Shown in pieces: positions 52,830 through 64,000 of a DNA stretch of 64,000 nucleotides. The notes under the pieces are model-generated. The model saw only the letters and a program-made list of their open reading frames with translations, was not told the origin of the DNA and ran no database searches. The DNA comes from Lytechinus pictus. Its lineage: Eukaryota. The position numbers and the translations under genes are program-made. Position 1 is the first letter of the stretch, and every line of letters begins with the position of its first letter. Location: positions 8,496,001-8,560,000 of the forward strand of contig NC_087246.1 of assembly GCF_037042905.1 (NCBI RefSeq), given 5' to 3'.

Positions 52830-53107
52830 CATTAGCGTACCTAAGGGGGGGGGGGGGGGGCAGACTGCCCCCCTGACGAGTCACAACACATGCAAGGGAC
52901 GTATCTCTGCGCCCCCTGACGAGTCAAAACTGATCCCTGATCCCCTCCTTTGAACTTAAAGACCTTTTTTATTATTATTTATTTTTTTGCTTGTCAATTT
53001 TTTTTCTGGTGCGAAATGTCCTTTACTTGCGGTTGAAGACCTTTTTTTATTTTTTTGGCGGACGAATTTGCCCCCCCCCCCTTTGGAAAATCCTAGGTAC
53101 GCCACTG
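52830..53107. mobile_element. hAT-like MITE
   Basis: 8-bp TSD GGGGGCAG (52822-52829, 53108-53115). TIR CATTAGCGTACCTA / TAGGTACGCCACTG. Confidence 0.75.
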
Positions 53108-54439
53108 GGGGGCAGTGTCTCATCTGCCCCCCCCCCTCCCCCGCTTCTGGCGCCCATGCACTCGTTACCCCTTTCACGGTAAAACTAATTCATTTTTGGT
53201 GATTTTTTTTCCCGCAAATTTTGTAGTAGGCTCTTTGCAAAAAGTAAAAGAAAAATGGACAGATCTTGCTCAATCAAAACCTTATGTATCATCCTCATGA
53301 ATAAGTTTCAAATTCTCGATAATAATAATTATTAACATTATTTGTATAGCGCTTATCACAAAACATGTCTCTAAGCGCTTAGTAAAAAATAGAAAGAGAG
53401 AACGTATTTCAGCAAAAAACTAAAGTAATTGTAATTCTCAATAGTTCACGATTTAAGGAGCACCTGCCAAAGTAAAAAAAATATTACTGTAAGCCTGTAC
53501 ATTGATGCATTACAACGTCTGTTATCGCTTGACATGGTCTATCCAAAGTTCATGGTCAGAGCCACCAACATGACCGAGCAGAAAACAGCAGCATACTTTT
53601 ACAATAGCATCAATTCAAATCGGATGGGGGGGGGGGTTAAGTATATGGAGAGCGGGAAAGGGTAGATGGAGGATTCATCTTATTTGATTTCGTACTTTTA
53701 AATTTTTTTCTTTTATATAGAATATTAGTAATATCCTAAAGATAATATATATACATGGAAACATATAGATGTGAAATGTCCCTTCCCCCATTCCCACCCT
53801 CCGTCTTAAAGTAATGGACCTGTAATATACATTACGTAATTCTACTACCATGACTACCTTATATTTTTTTTCACAGAAAATCGCTGCCAAGTAGAAAATG
53901 AATTCCCAGAAAAAACACCCACCCACTCCCTCCCCCAAAATGTAAGAGGTGAATAATAAACATGATGCATACATAAACAATAAGTTAACTGCAATATAAA
54001 TTTAGGGGATTTGAATTTAAAAATGATATTGAAAATTAAATAGAATGAAAAACAATAAAATGTGAAATCCTGTTTTTCCATGTTTGTCTGCTCTAGGGTG
54101 TGCGCTTTTGAGTGATCTCAGTTTTAATAAATAGATTTCTAGAATCAAGACGCTGGGTAATGGAGCAATGCTAGTGTTCAAGTCAATCAACGCCAGTCTA
54201 AGTACATACAGTTGCCAGGAAACTAAGATGTATGTGAAGCATGTCTCTTGATTGCGTATTTTCATGAAAATAATATGGTGTCATGAGCTATCTTTGAAGG
54301 ATGTGTCATGATACAAGGTAAAGATAAAGGAGCAAATCGAACAATGACAAGTATGGTATCAGCAGGCAGTGGAAAAGTAGTGGGTGTTCATAATGTGTGT
54401 CTACACTGCCGCGATTTTATTTTCACATAAATTTTGGTA

Positions 54440-54680
54440 TCGCCTATACAGCATAACAAGACTATGGGCGCCATTTTTTCGACGGCGGCGTCGTCATTCA
54501 TTGAAATCTTAACCAAGGTTAAGTTTTTGAAAATATCATCTTAACTTTGAAGTGTATGGACCTTGTTCATGAAACTTGGACATAAGCATGATGAAGGTAA
54601 TCAAGTATGGCATGATTCAAGTCAAAGGTCATTTAGGGTCAATGAACTTTGACCATATGTTTGGGGTATTTTCAAAATAT
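54440..54680 (+). mobile_element. Fragment of the HINE-like family at 8143/55654
   Basis: AGACTATGGGCGCC...CGACGGCGGCG...AAATCTTAACCAAGGTTAAGTTTTTG...AAAGGTCATTTAGGGTCAATGAACTT. Confidence 0.7.
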
Positions 54681-55653
54681 CGTGACATTGAAAGTTCATT
54701 TCTGATTGGTGAGATATGTATCCACTTCATGAGTCACTTCATGAGTCACTGCAAGCGTTCCTTAACAGGTTGGTGATTACAAATGATAATAAACTTTGCG
54801 TTCGCACTAATTGTTTGGTGATATACGCAACCTAGCTGTTAGATGAGTACAAAAAAACTGCTTAGAATACTATTTTTTAGGTCTGACTACTTGAATTATT
54901 CGATAAAAATCATTGTGATCGCACTCGCATGATGAATTTAGCCTCATGGGATATCTAATCTTGATTATAATACTTATGCTAAGACGTACTTAATACTTTA
55001 GTGGGAATTTCCCCCTAAAATAATTCTTTAAAAATAATCAATTTTTAGCGGCCGATTAGGCAAACTATAGATGACAATAATCTTTTTCCGTCCCCTCCCT
55101 CCCCAAAGAATTATGCTTCCGCCGCCAATGTAAATTAATGAGGATGTTGGTAGAACTTGTCAATAGTGTTGCAATATACTTGTTCAAACAATAACAGAGT
55201 TAAGTACAGTTTCGTTAAAATTTTGAGGGACGCGGCCAGCTTACCTGTTGAAAAGACTGAAGAAAAAGTCTTTGTCCGCCTACATTCGGTTAGGTGTGAG
55301 GGGGCTTTAAAGCAAAGGTTTTTGCAACCTGAAAGCTTGTTTGAGGCTTGTCTATCATAGCAACATATAATATATGTCAACCTGCGGACAGTCAACTTGG
55401 CTTGAAACGTCCATTCTTCTCTCCTGCTCTACAACTCTACTAGCCATCTCAAGCCAGCCTTCTCTCATGTAGTCAATCTTCTCTCACCCCTCCAACTCAA
55501 CCAGCCTTCTACCTCTCATCCTGCCTACTGCTCAAGCTTTCCACGCTTTCAAGTTTGCAGTCCTCTTTACACGTACTACACTAATTTCTGAAAGATACTA
55601 TACCTTCTTACCTCCACTTTCTCGCCTCTCCATTTCTCTTCTCCCTCAATGCA

Positions 55654-57117
55654 TTTTTGTCTCACCTGCGAAGCAGAGTGAGACTATAGGCGCCGCTTTT
55701 CCGACGGCGGCGGCGGCGTCAACACCAAATCTTAACCGAAGGTTAAGTTTTTGAAATGACAGCATAACTTAGAAAGTATATGGATGTGGTTCATGAAACT
55801 TAGCCATAAGATTAATCAAGTATTACTGAACATCCTGTATTAGTTTCAGGTCACATGACTAAGGTCAAAGGTCATTTAGGGTCAATGGATTTAGACGATG
55901 TTGGGGGAATCAACATCAAAATCTTAACCTAAGGTTAAGTTTTTGAAATGTCATCGTAACTTAGAAAATATATGGACCTAGTTCATGAAACTTGGACATA
56001 AGGTTAGTCAAGTATTACTAAACATCCTGCTTGAGTTTCACGTCACATGACTAAGGTCAAAGGTCATTTAGGGTCAATGAACTTTGGCCAAATTGGGGGT
56101 ATCTGTTGAATTGGCATCATAACTTTAAAAGTTTATGGATCTGATTCATGAAACTTGGTCATAATAGTAATAAAGTATTACTAAACATCCTGTGCAAGTT
56201 TCAGGTCACATGATTAAAGGTCAAAGGTCATTTAGGGTTAATGAACTTTCGCCAAGTTGGGGGTATTTGTTGAATTACCGTCATAACTTTGAAAGTTTAG
56301 CTAGTTCATAAAACTTGGACATAAGAGTAGTCATGTATCACTGAACATCCTGTGCGAATTTCAGGTCACATGACCAACGTCAAAGGTCAGTGAACTTTGG
56401 CCATAATGGGGGTATCTGTTGACTTACCATCATAACTTTGAAAGTTTATGGATCTGATTCATGAAACTTGGACATAAGAGTAATCAAGTATCTTTGAACA
56501 TCCCGTCCGAGTTTCAGGTCACATGACCAAGGTCAAAGGTCATTTAAGGTCAATGAAATTTGGCCATGTTGGGGGTATTTCTTGAATTACCATCATATCC
56601 GTGTAAGTGTATTGGTCTAGTTCATAAAACGTGGACATTTAAGAGTAACTAAGTATCACTGAACATCTTGTGCGAGTTTCAGGTCACATGAAAAAGGTCA
56701 AAGGTCAATGGACTTTGGCCATGTTGGGGGTATTTCTTGAATTACCATCATATCCGTGTAAGTATATTGGTCTAGTTCATAAGAGTTGGACATAAGAGTC
56801 AAATATCACTGAACATCTCACGCGAGTTTCAGGTCACATGACGAAAGTCAAAGGTCATTTAAGGTCATTGAACTTTTGCCATTTTAGAGGTAATTATTTG
56901 ATTGCTGTCATAATTTTCAAAGTCTATAGATATAGTGTATAAAATTTGGATATAGGGGTAATCAAGTATCACTGACAAGTTTTAGGTCACATGATCAAGG
57001 TCAAATATCAATGAAAGTAGTATTGTATCATTATATGAATAGTGTTTTTGTGAATAATTATATTATAGTAGTTTTCAAAGTGATGCAGGTGAGACCACCA
57101 GAGGCACTCCACTTGTT
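55654..57117 (+). mobile_element. HINE-like element with ~8 internal 150-190-bp tandem units
   Basis: Same ends as 8143-9094 (TTTTTGTCTCACCTGC ... GCAGGTGAGAC...CCACTTGTT). Confidence 0.75.
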
Positions 57118-57629
57118 ATCTTATTAGTCCTTTCCAGGACGTGTCATATGGTGTACCATATACACCTCTTCAGCGACTGTTTATGCCGCCATATAACCTT
57201 CAAACTTCTTCTAGAATCCTGTTTGCATGTATTATTGTTGCTAGGGAAGACAAGCCTCAGACAAACTTTCAGGTTGTCAAAACAAATTTTGCTTTAAATA
57301 TATTCAAATTTTAAAGGTTTGCATGAAATTGGAATATATTGTGAAAACCGACTGGGGTTCACAGAAGTGCAGTCAAACATGCTTGTGTGATGTAATAGAA
57401 CTGTTTGAGCCCATTCAGTATCAATACAATTGCTTATTTGCGGAATGCAGTATTAAGTATGATTATCTCTTGAATCTGAGGGTGGCCCCAAACTTTTGGC
57501 ATGTACTGTACGTATACCCATTTTTTCAACGGTTTGGGTAGCCATGTAGAAATTTGTATTCAAATAATTCTGAACTCAGTCACTATATGTACATTTTGTG
57601 CATTCATTCATTTTATTTTATTTCTAGTA

Positions 57630-59285
57630 AAAGGAAAACAAATAACCCCAATTCCGAAATCATTACCGGCAACCATTAACAATCTCAGACCAATCGCATT
57701 AACAAGTCAATTTGCTAAAATTGCAGAATCTTTTATAGCCAAATGGCTTCTTAAAGATATCACTGACAAAATTGACTCACGACAATTCGGAAACCGCTCT
57801 GGTTTTTCGACTACTCATTATCTTGTGAGTTTGCTCCACAAAATGTATGAGAATGGCGAAAAGAGCAAGAGTCTATCCACGGTTGTGTGTACTGATTTCA
57901 CAAAGGCTTTTGATAGGCTGATCATAACATCCTCGTTAGGAAGTTGATCAAACTCAATGTACGACCTTGTATCATTAAATGGATTATAAGTTTTTTGGAA
58001 AATCGTCAACAATGTGTAAAATATCAAGGCACTTTGTCTAATTACTTACCCAATCACGCTGGCGTGCCCCAAGGGACTAAATTCGGTCTTATCCTCTTCC
58101 TGATTATGATTGATGATGCTTGTGAAAACACATCAGTCGATTGCTATAAATATGTAGACGATCTTACTTTGTTGGAATGTCGTAAAGAAAGTTATCCTTC
58201 TGACTTACAATCTACATTATACAATCTGGATCAATGATCCTCCCTAAACCACATGAAGTTGAACCCTTCAAAATGTTCTTCACTAACTGTGACATTCTCC
58301 AAATATCCTCCTGCTGAGCCAAGCTTTAATATTGATAACTTACTTCTACAAAAACTTCAATCTGTTAAAGTTCTTGGTGTAATCGTCCAATCCAATCTAA
58401 AATGGGACCTACATATCATGGAAATCATAAAAAATGTAACAGGAAGTTGTACATGTTTAGGCTTTTGAAGCGATATGGGCTGTCTCTATCGGACCTGAAA
58501 TTGATGTACATGGGCTACATTCGTCCTGTTATGGAATATTGCACCCCAGTTTTTAATGGTGGGCTTACAAAGAAACATGTAAGAAGTTTAGAGCAAATTC
58601 AAAAAAGAGCTTGTAGAATCATGTTGGGCCCAAACTACACAGATTATGCCAGTGCTTGCCTATCATGTGAAATTCCTACTCTGGAATACAGAAGGGAGAA
58701 ACTCAGCCTGGATTTCGCAATGTCTTTAACCAAACATCCAACATTCAGTACCTGGTTACCTCCTCCAAAAAACTTAACCGACATACTCCTAGATATCAGC
58801 AATACAAATGTAAGATAAATCGATTTCGCAATAGCCCCATACCATATTTCATAGATCTCCTGAATAAAGACATGCCCAAACAATAAACCAATTGCTCATT
58901 TGAAAGCAGTACCAGCCTACTTGCATTATCAAGTTTTTTCATGAATGAGGAAATCAACTCTTTTATTCATCCATATGGAATATATTTTTATTGACCTTTT
59001 ACAGCTTACTTATTTTGTTTTATTATTCTTAATTTACCTTTTCCTCATTATCTTATGTACATGTATATAAATTTTCATTGCCTAAGTATTCTTGCCTATA
59101 CACATATTTCTCATGTCAGTTTTTACAAAGGTTACTGCTTTTTAATGTTTGAAATATGTAATGAGTCTTTTAATTGTTTTTACTTTGTATACGTGACCAA
59201 TTCAGCCATTAGGCTGCGACTCATGTTTTTAATAAACCTTGAATTGAATTAAATTGAATTGAATAGAAAATTGAAAAACCCATTG
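57630..59285 (+). mobile_element. 5'-truncated CR1/L2-group (Crack/Daphne-like) LINE
   Basis: LRPIALTS, QFG, DFTKAFD, GVPQGT, YVDD, MKLNPSK, IRPVMEY in broken frames. AATAAA followed by a (GAATT)n tail. Confidence 0.85.
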
Positions 59286-59819
59286 CCTGATCGCCAGTGA
59301 ATGGTTTTCCCATTACCGGTCGATGGATAACGAATTTTATAAACATGAAAATTTGTAAAAATACAAAGATTTTTTATCAAAACACATTTAGATATGATTA
59401 AACAGACAAAAAAAATAGAGAAATAGAAGGAAGGTGTAGCATGTGAGAACGTGTGAAACAAATTAGAATCTGACTTCTAGGAAGAATTTTTCAAATATCA
59501 AATGCAGAGTTATAATTATGATCATCTTTTATTTATAGTAATGTGTACATGGGTACATGCAAAGAAATTGAGTTGCGTGGAAAAGGAAAATTCTGTGAAT
59601 TAAATCGGAATGGTGTTGTTATATATCTGAAAACAAATTAACTGCAATGAGTGCAAAACTACTTATTGAAATATAGAAATTAATATAATTATCAGATATA
59701 AGCGAAGCATGCGAAAATTACGGAAGATCATGTACAAAAGACAAAAGAGAAGATCATCAACAGGAAGCGAAACCAGAACCACCATCCTCTCTAATATATA
59801 AATTCAGCCCTAAAACCAA

Positions 59820-60420
59820 CAAAGATGGTGACACCTACTTGGTGTCACCATCACCAACACTTTGACCTGGGCTCCCTACGTCACATGCCTTGCCAAATAA
59901 ATATTGCAAAGAGGTTGTACGTGTACATCCTGAGCCGCTTAAGAGATCTCTTTCCATTCAAGGCTATATCAGAGTCACAATCTACAATGCTTTTATTAGG
60001 CCCTTAGTGGAATATGCATGTCCGATTTGGGCTTGAGCTGGTACTATAGTGTACTCACACTTCTTGATAGGTTACAGCGGAAAGCACTCCGCCTCCTGAG
60101 AATTGAAGACCCTTTCAAAGTTGAACTTTGTCCACTCGAGCACCGGAGAAATGTTGCATCTCTCTGTACCTTCTACCACCACTTCTTCCTGAAACCATCT
60201 CTTGAGTTGTCTGGGATTCTTCCCTCGTTAGCCCCAAATGTCCGTTTGACTCGCTCTACTGCAGCTGCCCACCCCTATAGAGTCACTGTCCCAAAATCAA
60301 ACACTTCTCTTCATCAAGCTTTAGGACGTCTCGACTGTGGAATTCATTTCCCGCCAACACATTCCCTTTAGCTCCCAACATGGACGGATTAAAAAGTAGT
60401 GTTAATACAAATTTAATTAG
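59820..60420 (+). pseudogene. LINE RT C-terminal fragment (CR1/Jockey-group)
   Basis: IYNAFIRPLVEYA, LLDRLQRKALRL, LEHRRNVASLCTFY. Confidence 0.7.
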
Positions 60421-61072
60421 CTTGATATAAAACCTTGTACTTTTAATTTAATTACAGTTTATTACGTGACAGTCATGGGCCACTTTTCATCATTTTATGA
60501 TGGCAACATCAGGCCCAAAGAACAATCTCGAAAAATAGAAGAGGAAAATCAGGTTGCATTCTCAATGGGAGGGAGACCAAAGAGGTGATTCGGGGGGGGG
60601 GGGGTAGAGGTTTTTTTTTACTTTCCTAGATATCTTATGTCACAAGCTATCGAACCTCATATGTAGTCTTGGAAAAGCGTAAAAACAAAAAAAAATCAGG
60701 GCTTAAACTCTTGATAACTCGTGAACAATTTTTTTTACGAACTCTTGGAGTTAGCCAGAAGAGGTGACAGGGGAAAGTCCCCATCCCCCTCCCTCCGAAT
60801 TTTAAGGGTGCATGCCGGACACAGTGAATCATGTCCCACGGACCAAACATATGTATGTATATACATATAAAAAAATAGTAGAAATTAAGCTGCTTCCACT
60901 TTTTATTTTGTACCTGTAGAGTGGGAGCAGCGTTCTTGCTGTTCCTACGAAACAGATCTGTAGTGCATGAAGTCATACTAATTTCTACTTGTTTGTTTAT
61001 TGCTCCTATATTGCTATATTGCAGTCGAACACTCTTAACATGGTGTTTTGCACTTATCATATTTGGAATTAT

Positions 61073-61170
61073 ACATATATATAATATATGCATATATATA
61101 TATATATATATATATGCCTGGATTATTCTACGCCTATATATATACAGTATATATATATATATATATATGT
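61073..61170. repeat. (TA)n microsatellite
   Basis: Directly visible. Confidence 0.95.
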
Positions 61171-61189
61171 ACTGTACCTCACCGTGAAG

Positions 61190-61390
61190 GACTATCACAC
61201 TGTGCTGCACTCGACCCAGGTGAGGTTAATGGATACCCGGCAGGAAACCTTGAATGCACGAGCGCTGAAAGGCAGCTCGAGTTAAGGACGGGGTAATAAT
61301 AATAATGATGATAATAATAATAATGCGCCCCGCAATGCGCCTAGGAATAGATTGTTTCTAGATAGATAGATGACACTATACAAATGCCTC
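61190..61390 (+). mobile_element. SINE body and 3' end (5'-truncated)
   Basis: GTGCTGCACTCGACCCAGGTGAGGTTAATGGATACCCGGCAGG core resembling invertebrate SINE central domains, with an AAT repeat and CTATACAAAT tail. Confidence 0.6.
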
Positions 61391-61919
61391 TCTAGCTCCT
61401 CCTCCTCCTCCTTCTTCGTCTTCTTTTTCTTCTTCCTCTCCCTCTTCCTCCTCCCGGGCCTCCTCATCCTCTTCTTCTTCTGCCTCTTCTCAAATAAAGA
61501 TTTTACTAGAAAGGGGTGCCTGTACTATCCCAGTCGACAATTCTCCAGTACATCGGCATCCCAGTTCTAGTTCCGTGATCCCAGTCAGCGCGCATCTTTA
61601 TTTTTCTGTATTTATTTGTGTCTGTAAAAAAAAACCCCATGATCATGGTGGTTTGGCTACGACGAATGAATGAATTATCAGTCACGTTTGAGCGGCAGAT
61701 CAACGGTAATTTGTTCGAAAAGATTCCGGAATTCAGAGTATCATGGCGTCTTTAGTGACAGAAGTATTGATGAATACAGGTAAATATCCACGAATTGTTA
61801 GTTGTAACTTGTAAATATATCTGCTTTTCGTATTACAGGGTATAAAAGTAATCTACTCTACGTACGGTAGTACGGTACGTGTAACGTTACCTCGAGCGAA
61901 GTTCGTGCAGGCTCCACTC

Positions 61920-62968
61920 TAGACCAAAAGCTTCGGTCCTGTTATGTTGGTTGTTCAGCTGAACTCCGTTGGCTTCACTCACCAAATACAGAGACCGAAG
62001 TTCTAGCGCGATCTGTACAGGGGACTCAATGGCCATATGTTTATGTACTTAAGATCGGATAAAACGGGGAAGTGAATTTGCGCGACAGCCGAGGTAAGTC
62101 CCTGTTTTTGTTCCTTTTAACTTGATTTTTCTCAGTTTTTTGGCAATTAATGCCAAGAGGGATTATTAATTTGCATTTTGGTCGCGTTAATTTTCAAAAT
62201 TTTTATTCATTAAAGGACAAGTCCACCCCAACAAAAACTTGATTTGAATAAAAAGAGAAAAATTCAACAAGCATTACACTGAAAATTTCATTAAAATCGG
62301 ATGTAAAATAAGAAAGTTATGACATTTTAAAGTTTCGCTTAATTTCACAAAACAGTTATATGCACATCTCGGTCGGTACGCAAATGAGGAACTGATGACA
62401 TCACTCACTCACTATTTCTTTTGTATTTTATTATATGAAATATGAAATATTTTTATTTTCTCGTCATTGTCATGTGAAATGAAGTTTAATTCCTCCCTGA
62501 ACACGTGGAATTCCATAATTTTTACATTTTGTGCTTCTGGCAAGGAGGTCCTAATCGTCAAATTCGTAAAAAATGAAATATTGTATAATTCAAACAATAA
62601 AAAACAAAAGAAATAGTGAGTGAGTGACATCATCGACTCTCTCATTTGGATGTAACTGGCTCGTTCATATAACTATTTTGTTAAAAATAAGCGAAACTTT
62701 GAAATGTCATAACTTTCTTATTTTACATCCGATTTTGATGAAATTTTCAGCATTGTGCTTGTCTGATTTTTCTCTATTGATTAAAATCAACATTTTTCTG
62801 AGGTGGACTTGACCTTTAAAGACAAAAATTGAAGAGCCCCGACGGGGGGATTTTGCATTGCAAGTCCCCTAATGGTGGCTGCACGCTAGCGAGCCGTCTG
62901 TGTACGAGGAGAAATAAAAAAAAAAAATGTTAAAAAACTCCTCGAAACAGACGGCTGCCAGCTGTCTA
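61920..62968. mobile_element. Nested 9-bp-TSD element with TAGAC...GTCTA ends and subterminal hairpins (AcademH-like)
   Basis: TSD GCTCCACTC (61911-61919, 62969-62977). Confidence 0.8.
62214..62815. mobile_element. TTAA-TSD MITE (Kolobok-like), innermost nest
   Basis: TIR AGGACAAGTCCACC / GGTGGACTTGACCT. TTAA at 62210-62213 and 62816-62819. Confidence 0.9.
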
Positions 62969-64000
62969 GCTCCACTCCACTTCACTACCGCTACACTACG
63001 CTCCACCTACCCGAACTTCGAGACCATGAACTCGATCGGATATTCCGAGTGACAAAAGGTGGGATTTTATGGGGAGAAAATACAAAATTCATGCAACATC
63101 ACGATCTTTAAAAACAAGTGCAACTAATATTCTTACTTTACACAAAGTTTCACTTCTTTTCCATGCTTCTATCACTGTATCAGTCTCAAAATTGATGATT
63201 TAGAGCAACATGAAGTTCCTCACACGTATAATACATCGCATGCGGGAGGTACCGGGTCTGGTCCGAACTCGGACCCTCGCGCGCATGCGATGTTCTGAAA
63301 TCGGCAGCGAATTATTACGTGTGAGGAACTTCATGTTGGCTCTAAATCATCAATTTTGAGACTGATAGAAGCATGGAAAAGAAGTGAAACTTTGTGTAAA
63401 GTAAGAATATTAGTTGTACTTGTTTTTAAAGATCGTGATGTTGCATGAATTTTGTATTTTCTCCCCATAAAATCCCACCTTTTGTCACTCGGAATATCCG
63501 ATCGAGTTCATGGTCTCGAAGTTCGGGTAGGTGGAGCGTAGTGTAGCGGTAGTGAAGTGGAGTGGAGCCTGCACGAACTTCGCTCGAGGTAGTGTAACGT
63601 AGGCTTACTCCCCATGCATGATGAAGCCTGGGACACTAAGCTAAGGCATAGTCATGCACTTACGGCCACAAAACCTGAAACTTTCGCCCCCGAGATTTCT
63701 ACTTTCCCTCTAAGATCTAGCCCTAAATCATGTATAGTCACGTATTGTATTAGTATTACCGGACACTATTATGATTCCGGACGCGCATATTACTGCGTTC
63801 GAAAACAATTTCGTACGGTAAGACTTCCGCAATTCAATTTCACAGAGCAATACATAGAACAGGATTGCAAAAACAAGGCGAAAAAATCCAACTTTTAACT
63901 TATTTATCTCTAAAATGACAGAAAATGCTTAAGATATCAAATAACATAGTTTTGCATTAACAATTGATATATTTTCTAACGGAAATATGGGTCTGATCTG

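Larger units (their letters stand above)
61888..63591. mobile_element. Palindromic 9-bp-TSD element (AcademH/Mutator-like), interrupted
   Basis: TSD GTGTAACGT (61879-61887, 63592-63600). TIR starts TACCTCGAGCGAAGTTCGTGCAGGCTCCACTC and continues ~250 bp after the nested insert. Confidence 0.88.

Noticed and set aside
60647..61296. ORFs rich in YI repeats (also 19424-19715, and poly-D/N/T ORFs at 30052-30321)
   Set aside because: Microsatellite translation artefacts.

Overview
AT-rich, repeat-dense animal genomic DNA. The repeat families resemble an echinoderm such as a sea urchin, which is inference only. The only clear host gene is an intronless class A GPCR (46522-47724, minus strand). The rest is mostly transposable elements. 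(1) A ~13.5-kb degenerate EnSpm/CACTA element (~5220-18759, minus) has a C2H2-zinc-finger DDE transposase and a separately spliced accessory gene ending in a BEN-like domain, with duplicated exons and GC-AG donors. Its 3' end is fused to a Sola-type transposase relic. (2) A full-length L1/Tx1 retrotransposon has a 14-bp TSD (34703-39957). (3) A triple-nested stack has two 9-bp-TSD elements and a TTAA element (61888-63591). (4) There are many MITEs with readable TIRs and TSDs (TTAA/Kolobok-like, hAT-like, Harbinger-like, CACTA-like), Helentron-like elements carrying tandem repeats, CR1/L2-group LINE fragments, SINE and Gypsy fragments, and microsatellites. Family assignments come from motif recall and terminal structure, not database searches.
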